64,000 nucleotides of DNA from Armatimonadota bacterium. Lineage in GTDB: Bacteria > Armatimonadota > UBA5829 > DTLH01. This document shows, piece by piece, positions 50,601 through 58,344 of the stretch (positions are counted from its first letter, which is position 1; the number at the start of each line of letters is the position of its first letter). Below the pieces are notes generated by a model. The model searched no databases. It was given only the letters and a program-made list of their open reading frames with translations, and was not told the DNA's origin. The stretch lies in the NCBI GenBank assembly GCA_039679675.1, contig JBDKUN010000059.1, positions 64,001 through 128,000 of the forward strand, read 5' to 3'. The translations under genes and the position numbers were made by a program.

Positions 50601-50711
50601 ATTATGTTTTTCAATCTCTTTTGTGAGGGTCTCTGCAACCGCATGGCAGCCGGATGATACGCAGCCGGCTCCAGCACAGACCAGCACGTGAGATCTATAA
50701 AGCTTTTCCAT
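47661..50711 (-). CDS. hydB: HydB/HndC (NuoF-like) flavoprotein fused to a GltD/NfnB-like FAD-NAD(P) oxidoreductase
   Basis: GLRGRGGGGFP, NADEGDPG, ESCGKCTPCRVG, then CGRVC, GGGPAG, GGGNAAIDAA, EANRCLRC; ATG 50711 after AGGAGG. Confidence 0.92.
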   Translation of the reverse strand: MEKLYRSHVLVCAGAGCVSSGCHAVAETLTKEIEKHNLQDEIQVIQTGCIGACHLGPVIVVSPEGTFYKKLKPEDAVRIVEEHLLKGRVVTDLLHHDGHGEGAVTTIDEMPFFKRQKKLVLSNCGVIDPANIDEYIAKDGYSALGKVLTEMTPKDVIEEIKKSGLRGRGGGGFPTGLKWQFAADAQGEQKYILCNADEGDPGAFMDRSLLEGDPHAVIEGMIIGGYAIGASVGYVYVRAEYPLAIERLSHALKQAREYGILGDNVLGTGHKFSLEIRMGAGAFVCGEETALMASIEGKRGEPRPRPPFPAHSGLWMSPTVLNNVETYGNIPLIIRMGAEEYAQIGTEKSKGTKIFALAGNINNTGLVEVPMGTDLGTIIYDIGGGIRGGKKFKAAQAGGPSGGCIPKEHLNVPMDYDSLIELGAMMGSGGLIIMDEGTCMVDLARFFLDFIQDESCGKCTPCRVGTKRMLEILDRIAHGQGKEGDIELLEELGQRIKDSALCGLGQTAPNPVLSTLKYFRHEYEAHIRDKKCPACVCNSLFEAPCAHTCPAGTSVPKYLALISQRRFTDALRIVRDHNPFAAVCGRVCNALCEDKCRRSQVDEPLSIRNLKRYVADQEFKDHKLPQVKMRAEKTGKKVAIIGGGPAGLTAAYHLARMGHSPTVFEALPEAGGMLVWGIPEYRLPKAVLRQEIKAIENLGVTIKTNTRVGKDIPMETIKKDFDAIFIGTGADKSWTLEIPGEEQKGVFDSLKFLRDVQMGEKIDVGENVAVVGGGNAAIDAARTAVRLGAKNVTIVYRRLREDMPADPHEIHEAEVEGVKIKFLAAPIEAVGENGKVKTLRCQLLELREFDKSGRRSPKAIEGAFIDIPVDSVISAISQEPELGYLGGNTVETKRGKVWIDRQSAMTSANGIFAGGDVVTGPATVIEAIGAGIKAAQGIDKYLGGTGEIPSDVEDITIPAPPEDADDIVETPRAKMPVIAVSERTRTTEVELGFSRDEAIKEANRCLRCDACSLEAK

Positions 50712-50749
50712 TTGCTTTTGTCTGATCCTCCTGGGTAAATTAGCCGCTA

Positions 50750-51274
50750 CTAGCTGCCATTCTTCTTGTATTTCGCAATTATGCTGGGAATCTTGTCCAG
50801 CTTCACCCTGCGGTAGATATCCGCGCCGATGGTGACGACCGGAGCAAGTCCGCAGGCCCCTACACACCTGTTGATCTCAAGCGAGAACTGACGGTCATCC
50901 GTAGTTCCGCCGATTCCAATCTTCAGCTCTTTTTCGAGCTGCTCTAATATCTGCTTACCGCCACGCACATAGCAAGCGGTTCCGAGGCATACCCTTATGG
51001 TATGCTGACCACGCGGAACAGTGTTAAAGAACGAGTAGAACGTTATTACTCCGTAGACTTCGGAGAGAGAAATGCCAAGTCCCTCGGCGACCTTCACCTG
51101 CACCATCTCCGGTAGCCAGCCGAAGAGTTCCTGTGCCTGGTGAAGGACCTGAATCAGGACGCCATCCTGACCCTTATAAGCCTCGATTATCTGATCGAGC
51201 TTCTCATAACGTGCCTTCTCGTCAGCTGCCGCTTTCTGTGCATTCAGTTCGCATTCACACGTATGCGCTGACAA
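50750..51274 (-). CDS. hydC: HydC/HndA (NuoE-like) [2Fe-2S] subunit
   Basis: CLGTACYVRG, CVGACGLAP; TTG start with AGGAGG. Confidence 0.93.
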   Translation of the reverse strand: MSAHTCECELNAQKAAADEKARYEKLDQIIEAYKGQDGVLIQVLHQAQELFGWLPEMVQVKVAEGLGISLSEVYGVITFYSFFNTVPRGQHTIRVCLGTACYVRGGKQILEQLEKELKIGIGGTTDDRQFSLEINRCVGACGLAPVVTIGADIYRRVKLDKIPSIIAKYKKNGS

Positions 51275-51286
51275 CAGAATTACCTC

Positions 51287-51664
51287 CTAGTTTGTTCCTG
51301 GGACCACGACGACCCAGTCTTGCTGAACCTTGTTATTGATTACATGCTCGTCAACGATTGTACGAGCCTTTTCCGGTGTCACGAACCCGTAGGTCACCGG
51401 GGGCTGCCCTTTTTTGAGGACATCGACCGTAGGTTCACGGTCGCAAAGTCCTTTGCAGCCCGATTGCGTCACCGTAATGTCGGTGACACCCTTTTTCTCA
51501 AGCTCGTCGAGGATAGCAGCCATAACTTCCCTCGCACCTGAGGCGATTCCGCACGTGCCCATGGCAACCACGACCTTGCAGTCATGATCGCCTTCGCGCA
51601 CGTTAAGTGCCTGCTGCGCCTGCTCTCGAATCCGCTTGAGATCATCGAGTGTTTTCATCAGCAT
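51287..51664 (-). CDS. hydD: HydD/HndB thioredoxin-like [2Fe-2S] ferredoxin
   Basis: MGTCGIASGA, SGCKGLCDREP. Confidence 0.88.
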   Translation of the reverse strand: MLMKTLDDLKRIREQAQQALNVREGDHDCKVVVAMGTCGIASGAREVMAAILDELEKKGVTDITVTQSGCKGLCDREPTVDVLKKGQPPVTYGFVTPEKARTIVDEHVINNKVQQDWVVVVPGTN

Positions 51665-51750
51665 CCGCCTTTCCTGTTAGTATTTAGATATTGGGTCAAG
51701 AACACCCTGTTCATATGTATAAGATATGCATTATATATTATACTTACTGC

Positions 51751-51863
51751 GTCACCCTGAACAACAAACACGTCACTCTGAACTTAATTCAGAGTCCATT
51801 TTCTTCCTGGATGCTGAGTCAAGCTCAGCATGACGTTGTGGACGTCCAACACGATGTTGTAAC
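51751..51863. repeat. Palindromic doublet family C, copy 2
   Basis: GTCACTCTGAACTTAATTCAGAGTCC .. GGATGCTGAGTCAAGCTCAGCATGACGTTGTGG. Confidence 0.8.
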
Positions 51864-52412
51864 TTAAGGGATTGCGCCTGTCTGTGCAATCCCTTGATTC
51901 ATATAATCTTTAATCCAACCGAGGACCGGCGCGGCTTCTATCGGGACATCGCCAAGCTCTCGTCGGACTTCGTCAGTGTCCAGATGAAACGATTTTCCGT
52001 CCACGGCCTGCTCATATCGCATTGAAATGCCGGGATTAGCCGCAATAAGCGTGAGCATCGTGCTCGTTATGTCACCGAACGGCATCCGGTCGATGTGAGA
52101 GAGCTTAAATAACGCATCAACCTCCGTCCCTTTGCCTGGTTCGGAGATTATCTTGACACCACCTTCGCACATCTCGGCCGCCGCAGAGAGCATCGGTATC
52201 CCAAGCCCGACTTTTCTGGTCGTCCGGGTGGTGCAAAATGGGCTCCTTATCTTTTCGACCATCTCCGGGGTCATACCTCTGCCGTTATCTTTTATACGGA
52301 TGTTCAAAAGGTCCTGTTTGCCGTCCGCCGTAACAGTTAATTCAATCCTTTTTGCTTCCGCAGCTATCGAATTCTGGACAATATCTAAAATATGTAATGA
52401 TAGTTCGCGCAT
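51864..52412 (-). CDS. Hydrogenase-associated stand-alone HATPase_c protein
   Basis: MRELSLHILDIVQNS, DNGRGM, TTRTTRKVGLGIP, HIDRMPFG. Confidence 0.9.
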   Translation of the reverse strand: MRELSLHILDIVQNSIAAEAKRIELTVTADGKQDLLNIRIKDNGRGMTPEMVEKIRSPFCTTRTTRKVGLGIPMLSAAAEMCEGGVKIISEPGKGTEVDALFKLSHIDRMPFGDITSTMLTLIAANPGISMRYEQAVDGKSFHLDTDEVRRELGDVPIEAAPVLGWIKDYMNQGIAQTGAIP

Positions 52413-52414
52413 TT

Positions 52415-52906
52415 TTATCTAGGATTCAGGGAATCTACTACATTCCGCTCTACTTTCACTACTAAAGTGCCGCTCCATTTGTCATGCCACCAAACATCGT
52501 CCCTATATGTATTGAGTAATCCGGATAATGGTTCAATCGGCACAAATCGGCTCAACGTACGGCCGATAATCTGCCGAATTGTCGGCATGGTATTGTCTAC
52601 ACTGACCACTTTTGTCTTTGTAATGTACTTGGCAGGTGTCCTCTGCGTTATGCTCTCAAACCCAAAATAGTAAATGATATAAAATAGCAGCCAAGTAAAA
52701 TGGTCCATCCTACCAGGGATACAAATATAAATAAAAAGCATTATATTTAAATCAATGAACCAATTTACCAACCGTCTAAGCGGGCTGTCTGGCTGAATGT
52801 TACCTAATATTGGTTCAGAACCGGTTGCCTCCATCAATACCAAAACTCCTTTGCTTCTGATGGACCGGGGGATCCTGCCTCGGTCCTGTTTCTCCTGGGC
52901 ATCCAT
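52415..52906 (-). CDS. RDD family membrane protein
   Basis: RR...FID, TPAKYITKTKVV, WHDKWSGTLVV; AT-rich; start uncertain. Confidence 0.8.
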   Translation of the reverse strand: MDAQEKQDRGRIPRSIRSKGVLVLMEATGSEPILGNIQPDSPLRRLVNWFIDLNIMLFIYICIPGRMDHFTWLLFYIIYYFGFESITQRTPAKYITKTKVVSVDNTMPTIRQIIGRTLSRFVPIEPLSGLLNTYRDDVWWHDKWSGTLVVKVERNVVDSLNPR

Positions 52907-52937
52907 GCCCTATCTACATCCACTAATATAGCAATTC

Positions 52938-53150
52938 TGAACCGCGGAGACGCGGAATGAGGAAATCCATTAACCTCCACTAATCCATTTCCTTTGCTTC
53001 GGTTCGCTTGCTACCGAAGCTGACACCGTAGGTGTCGAGAAGTGGGTATGGGGTCCGTCGGCCCGCATCGGCAGCAAGCAGTCCGATGCAACAATACTCC
53101 ACTAATCTCCATTCGTTTTAGTCCGCTAAATCCGCGCAATTCGCGATTCA
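52938..53150. repeat. MITE-like family D copy 2 containing a family B doublet (52994..53092)
   Basis: TGAACCGCGGAGACGCGGA left end, AATTCGCGATTCA right end; CTCCACTAATC at 52975 and 53097. Confidence 0.78.
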
Positions 53151-53891
53151 AACAACCCCGACGCTTCGCCCGTCTCTGCCTTCGAATGCCAGCATGATCT
53201 CGCTCACGCACCTCCGCTCGATATTAAAGGCAGTTCGAGCGCTCCCCAGATCGGCCAGCATGTGAGCATCGGATGAACTTATCACAGCCCGCCCATTTAA
53301 GTCAGGATATTTTGCCCTGGCGTCGGTCTCGGTAATGTGTTTCGAGATTTCCACTGCTGGAAAGTTCACATCCTCCGGCAAGAACCCCAATACGCCGTAT
53401 AGCCCGTAGGCAATCCTGTCTACATGCGCCGGAATTGCTATTCCTGACCTGTCTTCTACAGCCTGCACAATGTCAACAATCTCAAGAGATGTCGAAGCGA
53501 GCAGCAGCCGCTCGTTATACCTCACAAACTCCGCATTGTGCGTCACTACCATCTGCTCGCCGAGCTTCTTGCCGTCGTTCGGCAGATTCGGCAGTGCAGA
53601 GTAGACCAGTTCCTGCATCGATTCGGCATCATCAGCTCTGTCGAAGAGGCAGACTATGTGCACTCCTTCGACAGATTCGCATTCCAGCCCCGGCAGCACT
53701 TTGAGCGGACTTCCCTCCGCCGCTTTCATCACCGCTCTTACGTTTTCGGCCGAGTTATGATCCGATATGGCTATCATATCGAGTCCAAGCTCGATCGCCT
53801 GCGCTACGATAAGCGGAGGTATCATCTCCACCTCACCGCACGGCGATAAGAGCGTATGCACATGAAGGTCAGCCAGGTACCTTGCAAGCAT
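53148..53891 (-). CDS. PHP-domain phosphoesterase
   Basis: DLHVH, SDHN, PAHVDR, SSDAH. Confidence 0.93.
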   Translation of the reverse strand: MLARYLADLHVHTLLSPCGEVEMIPPLIVAQAIELGLDMIAISDHNSAENVRAVMKAAEGSPLKVLPGLECESVEGVHIVCLFDRADDAESMQELVYSALPNLPNDGKKLGEQMVVTHNAEFVRYNERLLLASTSLEIVDIVQAVEDRSGIAIPAHVDRIAYGLYGVLGFLPEDVNFPAVEISKHITETDARAKYPDLNGRAVISSSDAHMLADLGSARTAFNIERRCVSEIMLAFEGRDGRSVGVV

Positions 53892-53930
53892 GATTAGTTA
53901 TTAGGGAATAGGTACCAGAGAACAGCTCCG

Positions 53931-53963
53931 ATGCTTCGGGACCGCTGTTTGTCCCGAAGCACG
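53931..53963. repeat. Palindromic repeat family A, copy 4
   Basis: ATGCTTCGGGACCGCTGTTTGTCCCGAAGCACG. Confidence 0.82.
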
Positions 53964-53986
53964 ACATCTACAAGCCCCTAAATCCT

Positions 53987-54331
53987 TCAATCCCGTCCCT
54001 TAATACCCATTGCGTAGAGCCTGCCGATTACTTCAAAGGCAGAAAGACCGGTTGTGAAAAGTGGCACATTCTCTTCCTGCGCCTTCTCCAGCGCGTTTTC
54101 ATCCAGCTCAGTACCGCCTGCCATAATGACTGCTGAAAGCCCCAAAAGCGATGCCACTGCTATGACATTCAAATGCTTCTGGTTCGTGACCCAGATATTG
54201 CCCTTTTTGGCCTTCCCCAGCACATCGGACATCAGGTCGGAAGCATATCCGCCTGTAACCTCTATAGAATCGAGGCTTTCGACGCTCAAAGACTTAAAGT
54301 TTAGTTCCTTCTTTATCTGTTGAAGTAGCAT
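53987..54331 (-). CDS. DRTGG-domain protein
   Basis: GGYASDLMSDVL, IWVT. Confidence 0.88.
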   Translation of the reverse strand: MLLQQIKKELNFKSLSVESLDSIEVTGGYASDLMSDVLGKAKKGNIWVTNQKHLNVIAVASLLGLSAVIMAGGTELDENALEKAQEENVPLFTTGLSAFEVIGRLYAMGIKGRD

Positions 54332-55673
54332 TCTGCTCTGCACTCTTCCGTCCAGCCCCCATAGACGGAGGGACTGCTGCTGCTGCCTGCAGAAGCTCTT
54401 CCGCCAGGAGCTGGACCCTTTCTCTTAGCTTGAATACGCAGTCCATATCGGATGCCAGTCCTCTGACCACATCCTCCGCAAGCGCCCTGCAATTCGGCGC
54501 TCCGCACGATCCGCAGTCCAGTCCCGGCAGATCTTCTACGATCTTCTCCAGTTCAGCAAGTTTTTTGATTGCAACTGACATATCGTCATCCAGCTTAAGT
54601 GTGGGCCTGGGATATATCGGCCAATTGAAGCAATAAAGCCGGTCATTTGCCAAATCCGCGCGCATCTGAGTTATCTGCTCGGAGTCCATCTCTTGCCGGT
54701 CAGTCTCTGATGCAAGCATTCTCTGCCTCCGTCTCGTGATAAACGGATTCTCGACCGTCAGCACCCCGCCGACACAGCCACCGACGCAGGCCTGAGCTTC
54801 GATGTAGCTTATCCCTACCAGCTTGCCGCGCTCTATGTCTTCTAATATGTCGCTCACATTGTGTATTCCGTCGACTGCAAGGTGTTTATCAGCCCCTATG
54901 GAAAGGTTCTCACCCCCTGCCCTGCCCCAGCCTATTCCAGGGCCGGACCCCTGTCTCATCGGTTTTCTGTCAGGAATATCCATACGCGAGATAATCTCAT
55001 GCAAGCGTGGATAGATCACACTTATAGGTATTGCGCCGTCTACGCTCCCCTTTTCAAGTGCTGTAGGCTCCTTGACTGCGCTGACCTTTCCTGGACAGGG
55101 AGACAGGAAAAACGCACCTATTTCGTCCTCTCTTAACCCGGTCTTCCGAGCTGCTTCCTGTTTTACCAGCCTTCCGGCGATCTCCATCGGGGTCTCTACC
55201 TGCGCTATATGGTCCAGCAGGTTCGGGAACCTTACCTGGATGAGCCGTACGACGGCCGGACATGCGGATGAAATTAGTGGACGTATTTTGGAGTTTTGGA
55301 TTATTTTACGGGTTTTTGCCGCAACGAGGTCTGCGGCGTATGCGACATCGAAGACATCGTCAAATCCGAGCATGAAAAGCGCGGAGATAGCTTTTTCAGG
55401 GCTGGTACCTTCACGGAACTGGCTGTAAATTGCAGGGGCGGGCAAAGCTATGACGTAACGATAGTCGCGTATCGCATCAAGGTTATCCGCAAGGACTCCC
55501 TTCGCCTTATTCGGGCAGATACGAACGCATTCGCCGCAGTCTATGCACCTTATCTCCAGGATGTCGGCTTTACCATCCCGGACTCTGATGGCCTCTGTCG
55601 GACACCGTTTGATGCAGTTAACACAGCCTTTGCACTTATCCTCAATCAGATGGACCGAGTGAAAGAAGCCCAT
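54294..55673 (-). CDS. Putative sensory [FeFe]-hydrogenase (group D-like, no PAS)
   Basis: 2x[4Fe-4S] N-terminus; divergent H-cluster motifs SSACP, SPCPGK, EAQACVGGCVGG; C-terminal LPGLDCGSCGAPNC FeS domain. Confidence 0.85.
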   Translation of the reverse strand: MGFFHSVHLIEDKCKGCVNCIKRCPTEAIRVRDGKADILEIRCIDCGECVRICPNKAKGVLADNLDAIRDYRYVIALPAPAIYSQFREGTSPEKAISALFMLGFDDVFDVAYAADLVAAKTRKIIQNSKIRPLISSACPAVVRLIQVRFPNLLDHIAQVETPMEIAGRLVKQEAARKTGLREDEIGAFFLSPCPGKVSAVKEPTALEKGSVDGAIPISVIYPRLHEIISRMDIPDRKPMRQGSGPGIGWGRAGGENLSIGADKHLAVDGIHNVSDILEDIERGKLVGISYIEAQACVGGCVGGVLTVENPFITRRRQRMLASETDRQEMDSEQITQMRADLANDRLYCFNWPIYPRPTLKLDDDMSVAIKKLAELEKIVEDLPGLDCGSCGAPNCRALAEDVVRGLASDMDCVFKLRERVQLLAEELLQAAAAVPPSMGAGRKSAEQNATSTDKEGTKL

Positions 55674-55679
55674 ATCACG

Positions 55680-56126
55680 TCACCGGTTGAAGAAGATCAT
55701 TCTTACCGTGGTACCCGCGCCTGATTTGGATTTTATCTCCATCTCATCAGCGCAAGCCTGCATGTTCGGCAGGCCCATTCCAGCACCAAAACCCATCTCT
55801 CGGACTTCATCGCTCGCTGTCGAGAATCCGGGCTGCATAGCGAGTTCTATGTCCGCTATTCCAGGCCCGTGGTCCTCTACAACGATTACCACGAAGTCAG
55901 GCCCGACATCCAGAATCATCTGGCCACCGTTGTCAGTGTGGATAACTAAATTCATCTCGGCTTCATAGCTCGAGACAGCAATTCTCCGAATGGTATCCGG
56001 ATCGGCTCCAATTTGCTGGAGGATACGCTTTATTTTGCTTGATGCGGCTCCAGCGCTTGCGAAATCGCGGCTTGCCACCACGAATGTTTCGCACAGCCTG
56101 CTTTCGGCGGGATTTGTCACTGTCAC
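55680..56126 (-). CDS. Anti-sigma-factor-type Ser/Thr kinase (RsbT/RsbW-like)
   Basis: YEAEMN, DHGPGI, GFGAGMGLPN; GTG start after GGGAGG. Confidence 0.88.
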   Translation of the reverse strand: MTVTNPAESRLCETFVVASRDFASAGAASSKIKRILQQIGADPDTIRRIAVSSYEAEMNLVIHTDNGGQMILDVGPDFVVIVVEDHGPGIADIELAMQPGFSTASDEVREMGFGAGMGLPNMQACADEMEIKSKSGAGTTVRMIFFNR

Positions 56127-56258
56127 TACCGGATCCTCCCTACGCAGGATAGTATGGATTTTCGGCCATAGCACGACCAATAAATCTTCCGGAGAGTCTC
56201 AGTTGCCTGAAACCCATAAGAACGGTATTTCAACCGCCCTTTTCAGTTCGTCCCTTGA

Positions 56259-56651
56259 TCAATCTCGGCTACCGTTGCAGCCCATCAGACCATTAGTGTA
56301 GAGCATACCGCAACTTTCGTAAAGTGGGTGCGGTGACATAAGTATCGGCAGGCCTTTAGACCGGGCAAGCTCTACCGTTGTTTCATCCGGTTGCTTGTCA
56401 CGAACGATAACAACTGCGGCAAGGTCCAGCATCTCAGCAGTTCTCACAACCTGCTGGTTTGTAAGCCCTGTCAGGAGCACAGAGCCAGGGTGCGTAAACG
56501 CAAGCACATCGCTCATAAGATCGCAGCCGCAGGCTGTTCTGATCTCCTGATCGAGTTTATCTTCTCCGCAGATTACTTTTGCATCGAGTATTCTGCAGAT
56601 ATCAGCCAGCGTAAATATCTTCGAAACCTGCCGGTCCGCGCTGTCGCTCAT
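56259..56651 (-). CDS. DRTGG-domain protein
   Basis: CDLMSDVLA, LLTGLTN, VRTAEMLD. Confidence 0.88.
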   Translation of the reverse strand: MSDSADRQVSKIFTLADICRILDAKVICGEDKLDQEIRTACGCDLMSDVLAFTHPGSVLLTGLTNQQVVRTAEMLDLAAVVIVRDKQPDETTVELARSKGLPILMSPHPLYESCGMLYTNGLMGCNGSRD

Positions 56652-56666
56652 ATTCTCGCCCTCAGC

Positions 56667-56684
56667 TTGTGATGTTTTTCACAA
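56667..56684. promoter_or_regulatory. Rex-like operator
   Basis: TTGTGA-TGTTTT-TCACAA, 15 nt upstream of the first hydrogenase-locus ATG. Confidence 0.7.
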
Positions 56685-56799
56685 GCGCTTATCCGAAAAA
56701 AGCGCCCGAAGACGCTAATACTTATTACCAATCACAGTATATGTGGTTTCAGCCAGCCTGTCAACGCTCGTTTTCGAAATATTTTTATTTCTTTGCTCA

Positions 56800-56829
56800 T
56801 TGACTAGGCAATTCGACAGGTGTTACAAT
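56800..56829 (+). promoter_or_regulatory. femX promoter (likely leaderless transcript)
   Basis: TTGACT-18 bp-TACAAT with extended TG; GTG start 6 nt after the -10. Confidence 0.6.
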
Positions 56830-56835
56830 CTGCGC

Positions 56836-57927
56836 GTGAAGATAAGAGAGATAGACGCAGCTGAAAATGCTCGGTTTAATGATTTTATAGCCGGATTTCC
56901 AACCGGCGACGCTATGCAGTCCTTTGAATGGGGAGAAGTAAAGTCAAAAAGCGGTGGATGGTCACCGGTACGGATAGTAGGTGAAAACGATTCCGGTGAT
57001 GTAGTCGCATCCGCGCTTATGCTCTTCCGCCGTATTCCAAAGACCGGCAGAACGATTGCGTACATCCCCCGCGGCCCGGTGATAGACACGACAGATGAAG
57101 TTTTGGTCAAAGAATTCGCAGCTGGACTGAGCGAAGCCGCGCAAAGACGCGGTGCGATACTGATCAAGATAGATCCACCTGTACCGGTAGAAGATTCCGT
57201 AAGTGCAAAGAATATAGAGCTCGCCGGTTTCAAACTACTGGAAGATTCCACCGGTTTCGGCGGCACGCAGCCAAAATGTGTTATGCAACTCAATCTCGAA
57301 CCCAGCTTGGATGAGGTTTTCGCAAACTTCAAGCCTAAGTGGCGGTACAACATCCGTCTGGCCGAGAAAAAGGGCGTTATCATTAAAACAGACTGCACCA
57401 AGGAAGACCTGCCTGCATTTTATGATTTGCTGAAGGTAACAGCAAAACGCGACAGGTTCTTAGTTCGCGGTTACAGCTACTACGAAACTATGTACGATAT
57501 GCTGGTGCCCGCAGGGCATGCAAAGCTCTTTCTTTCAATGTATGAAGGAAAACCGCTGGGCGGCGCGCTGGCGTTTGTTATAGGTGACCGCGCTTGGTAC
57601 GTCTACGGAGCGTCCGGCAACGAACACAGGAACCTCATGCCGAACCATTTGATGCAGTGGGAGATGATCAAATGGGCAAAGTCCCTCAATTGCAGGATTT
57701 ATGATTTCAGAGGTGTCTCGCCGCGCAGAGGCGCTTCCGAAGATGACGACCACCTGCAGGGCCTGAACAGGTTCAAAGAGGGGTTCTCCGCTTATTACGT
57801 TGAGTATCTGGGCGAATACGACATGGTGCTGTCTTCCGCTTGGTACTGGCTCTGGGTGAAAGTGAAGCCGACTTTAATGAGCATCATCAAAAGACGCGCC
57901 AGAGCAGCAGAAAACAGTGAGCCCTAG
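56836..57927 (+). CDS. FemAB/FemX-family peptidoglycan aminoacyltransferase
   Basis: QSFEWGEVK, YIPRGP, IKIDP, RYNIRLAEKKGV, YVYGAS, GLNRFKEGF. Confidence 0.92.
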   Translation: MKIREIDAAENARFNDFIAGFPTGDAMQSFEWGEVKSKSGGWSPVRIVGENDSGDVVASALMLFRRIPKTGRTIAYIPRGPVIDTTDEVLVKEFAAGLSEAAQRRGAILIKIDPPVPVEDSVSAKNIELAGFKLLEDSTGFGGTQPKCVMQLNLEPSLDEVFANFKPKWRYNIRLAEKKGVIIKTDCTKEDLPAFYDLLKVTAKRDRFLVRGYSYYETMYDMLVPAGHAKLFLSMYEGKPLGGALAFVIGDRAWYVYGASGNEHRNLMPNHLMQWEMIKWAKSLNCRIYDFRGVSPRRGASEDDDHLQGLNRFKEGFSAYYVEYLGEYDMVLSSAWYWLWVKVKPTLMSIIKRRARAAENSEP

Positions 57928-57960
57928 AGGAAATTGGATTCTACCCATAACCCTGTCTAT

Positions 57961-58344
57961 CTAGGCAAACGGGCGCACAGGGTCGAACCCTTCCGGTGGT
58001 GTGTACACCCGGCCTTCTTCATCGGCGTGACGCATGAGGCTGTCATGGCGGTTCTCTAAAAACTCTCGTGTCCACTGTTTTACAGAAGGATCAGGGTTCG
58101 CCTTGTCTATGCCTAATTGCTCCAGCACTTCATCATCCGTGCTGGTCTGCTCTATAATTTCTGCAAATTCAACTCCGGTCATATTGAACTCGGACAATAG
58201 TTCTTTATCTATAGGACAGGGATATATATAATCTCCCAGCGTGCCTTCATTATATGCTCTTGCTTTATCTATCATCCTGGCAAGCCATGGGTAGCCGCCC
58301 AGCAACTGCTCACCAGGTCTCGGATAACTATTAGTAAGATCCAT
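57961..58344 (-). CDS. DUF5069-like small protein
   Basis: LGGYPWLARMIDKARA..YIYPCPID motif. Confidence 0.7.
   Translation of the reverse strand: MDLTNSYPRPGEQLLGGYPWLARMIDKARAYNEGTLGDYIYPCPIDKELLSEFNMTGVEFAEIIEQTSTDDEVLEQLGIDKANPDPSVKQWTREFLENRHDSLMRHADEEGRVYTPPEGFDPVRPFA

Noticed and set aside
50712..50867. N-terminal 52-aa extension of hydB in the ORF track
   Set aside because: It overlaps hydC; the RBS and domain start support ATG 50711.
56206..56250. Extended hairpin between DRTGG and kinase genes as a riboswitch
   Set aside because: No recognisable aptamer motif and a single instance; may be only a processing or stability hairpin.
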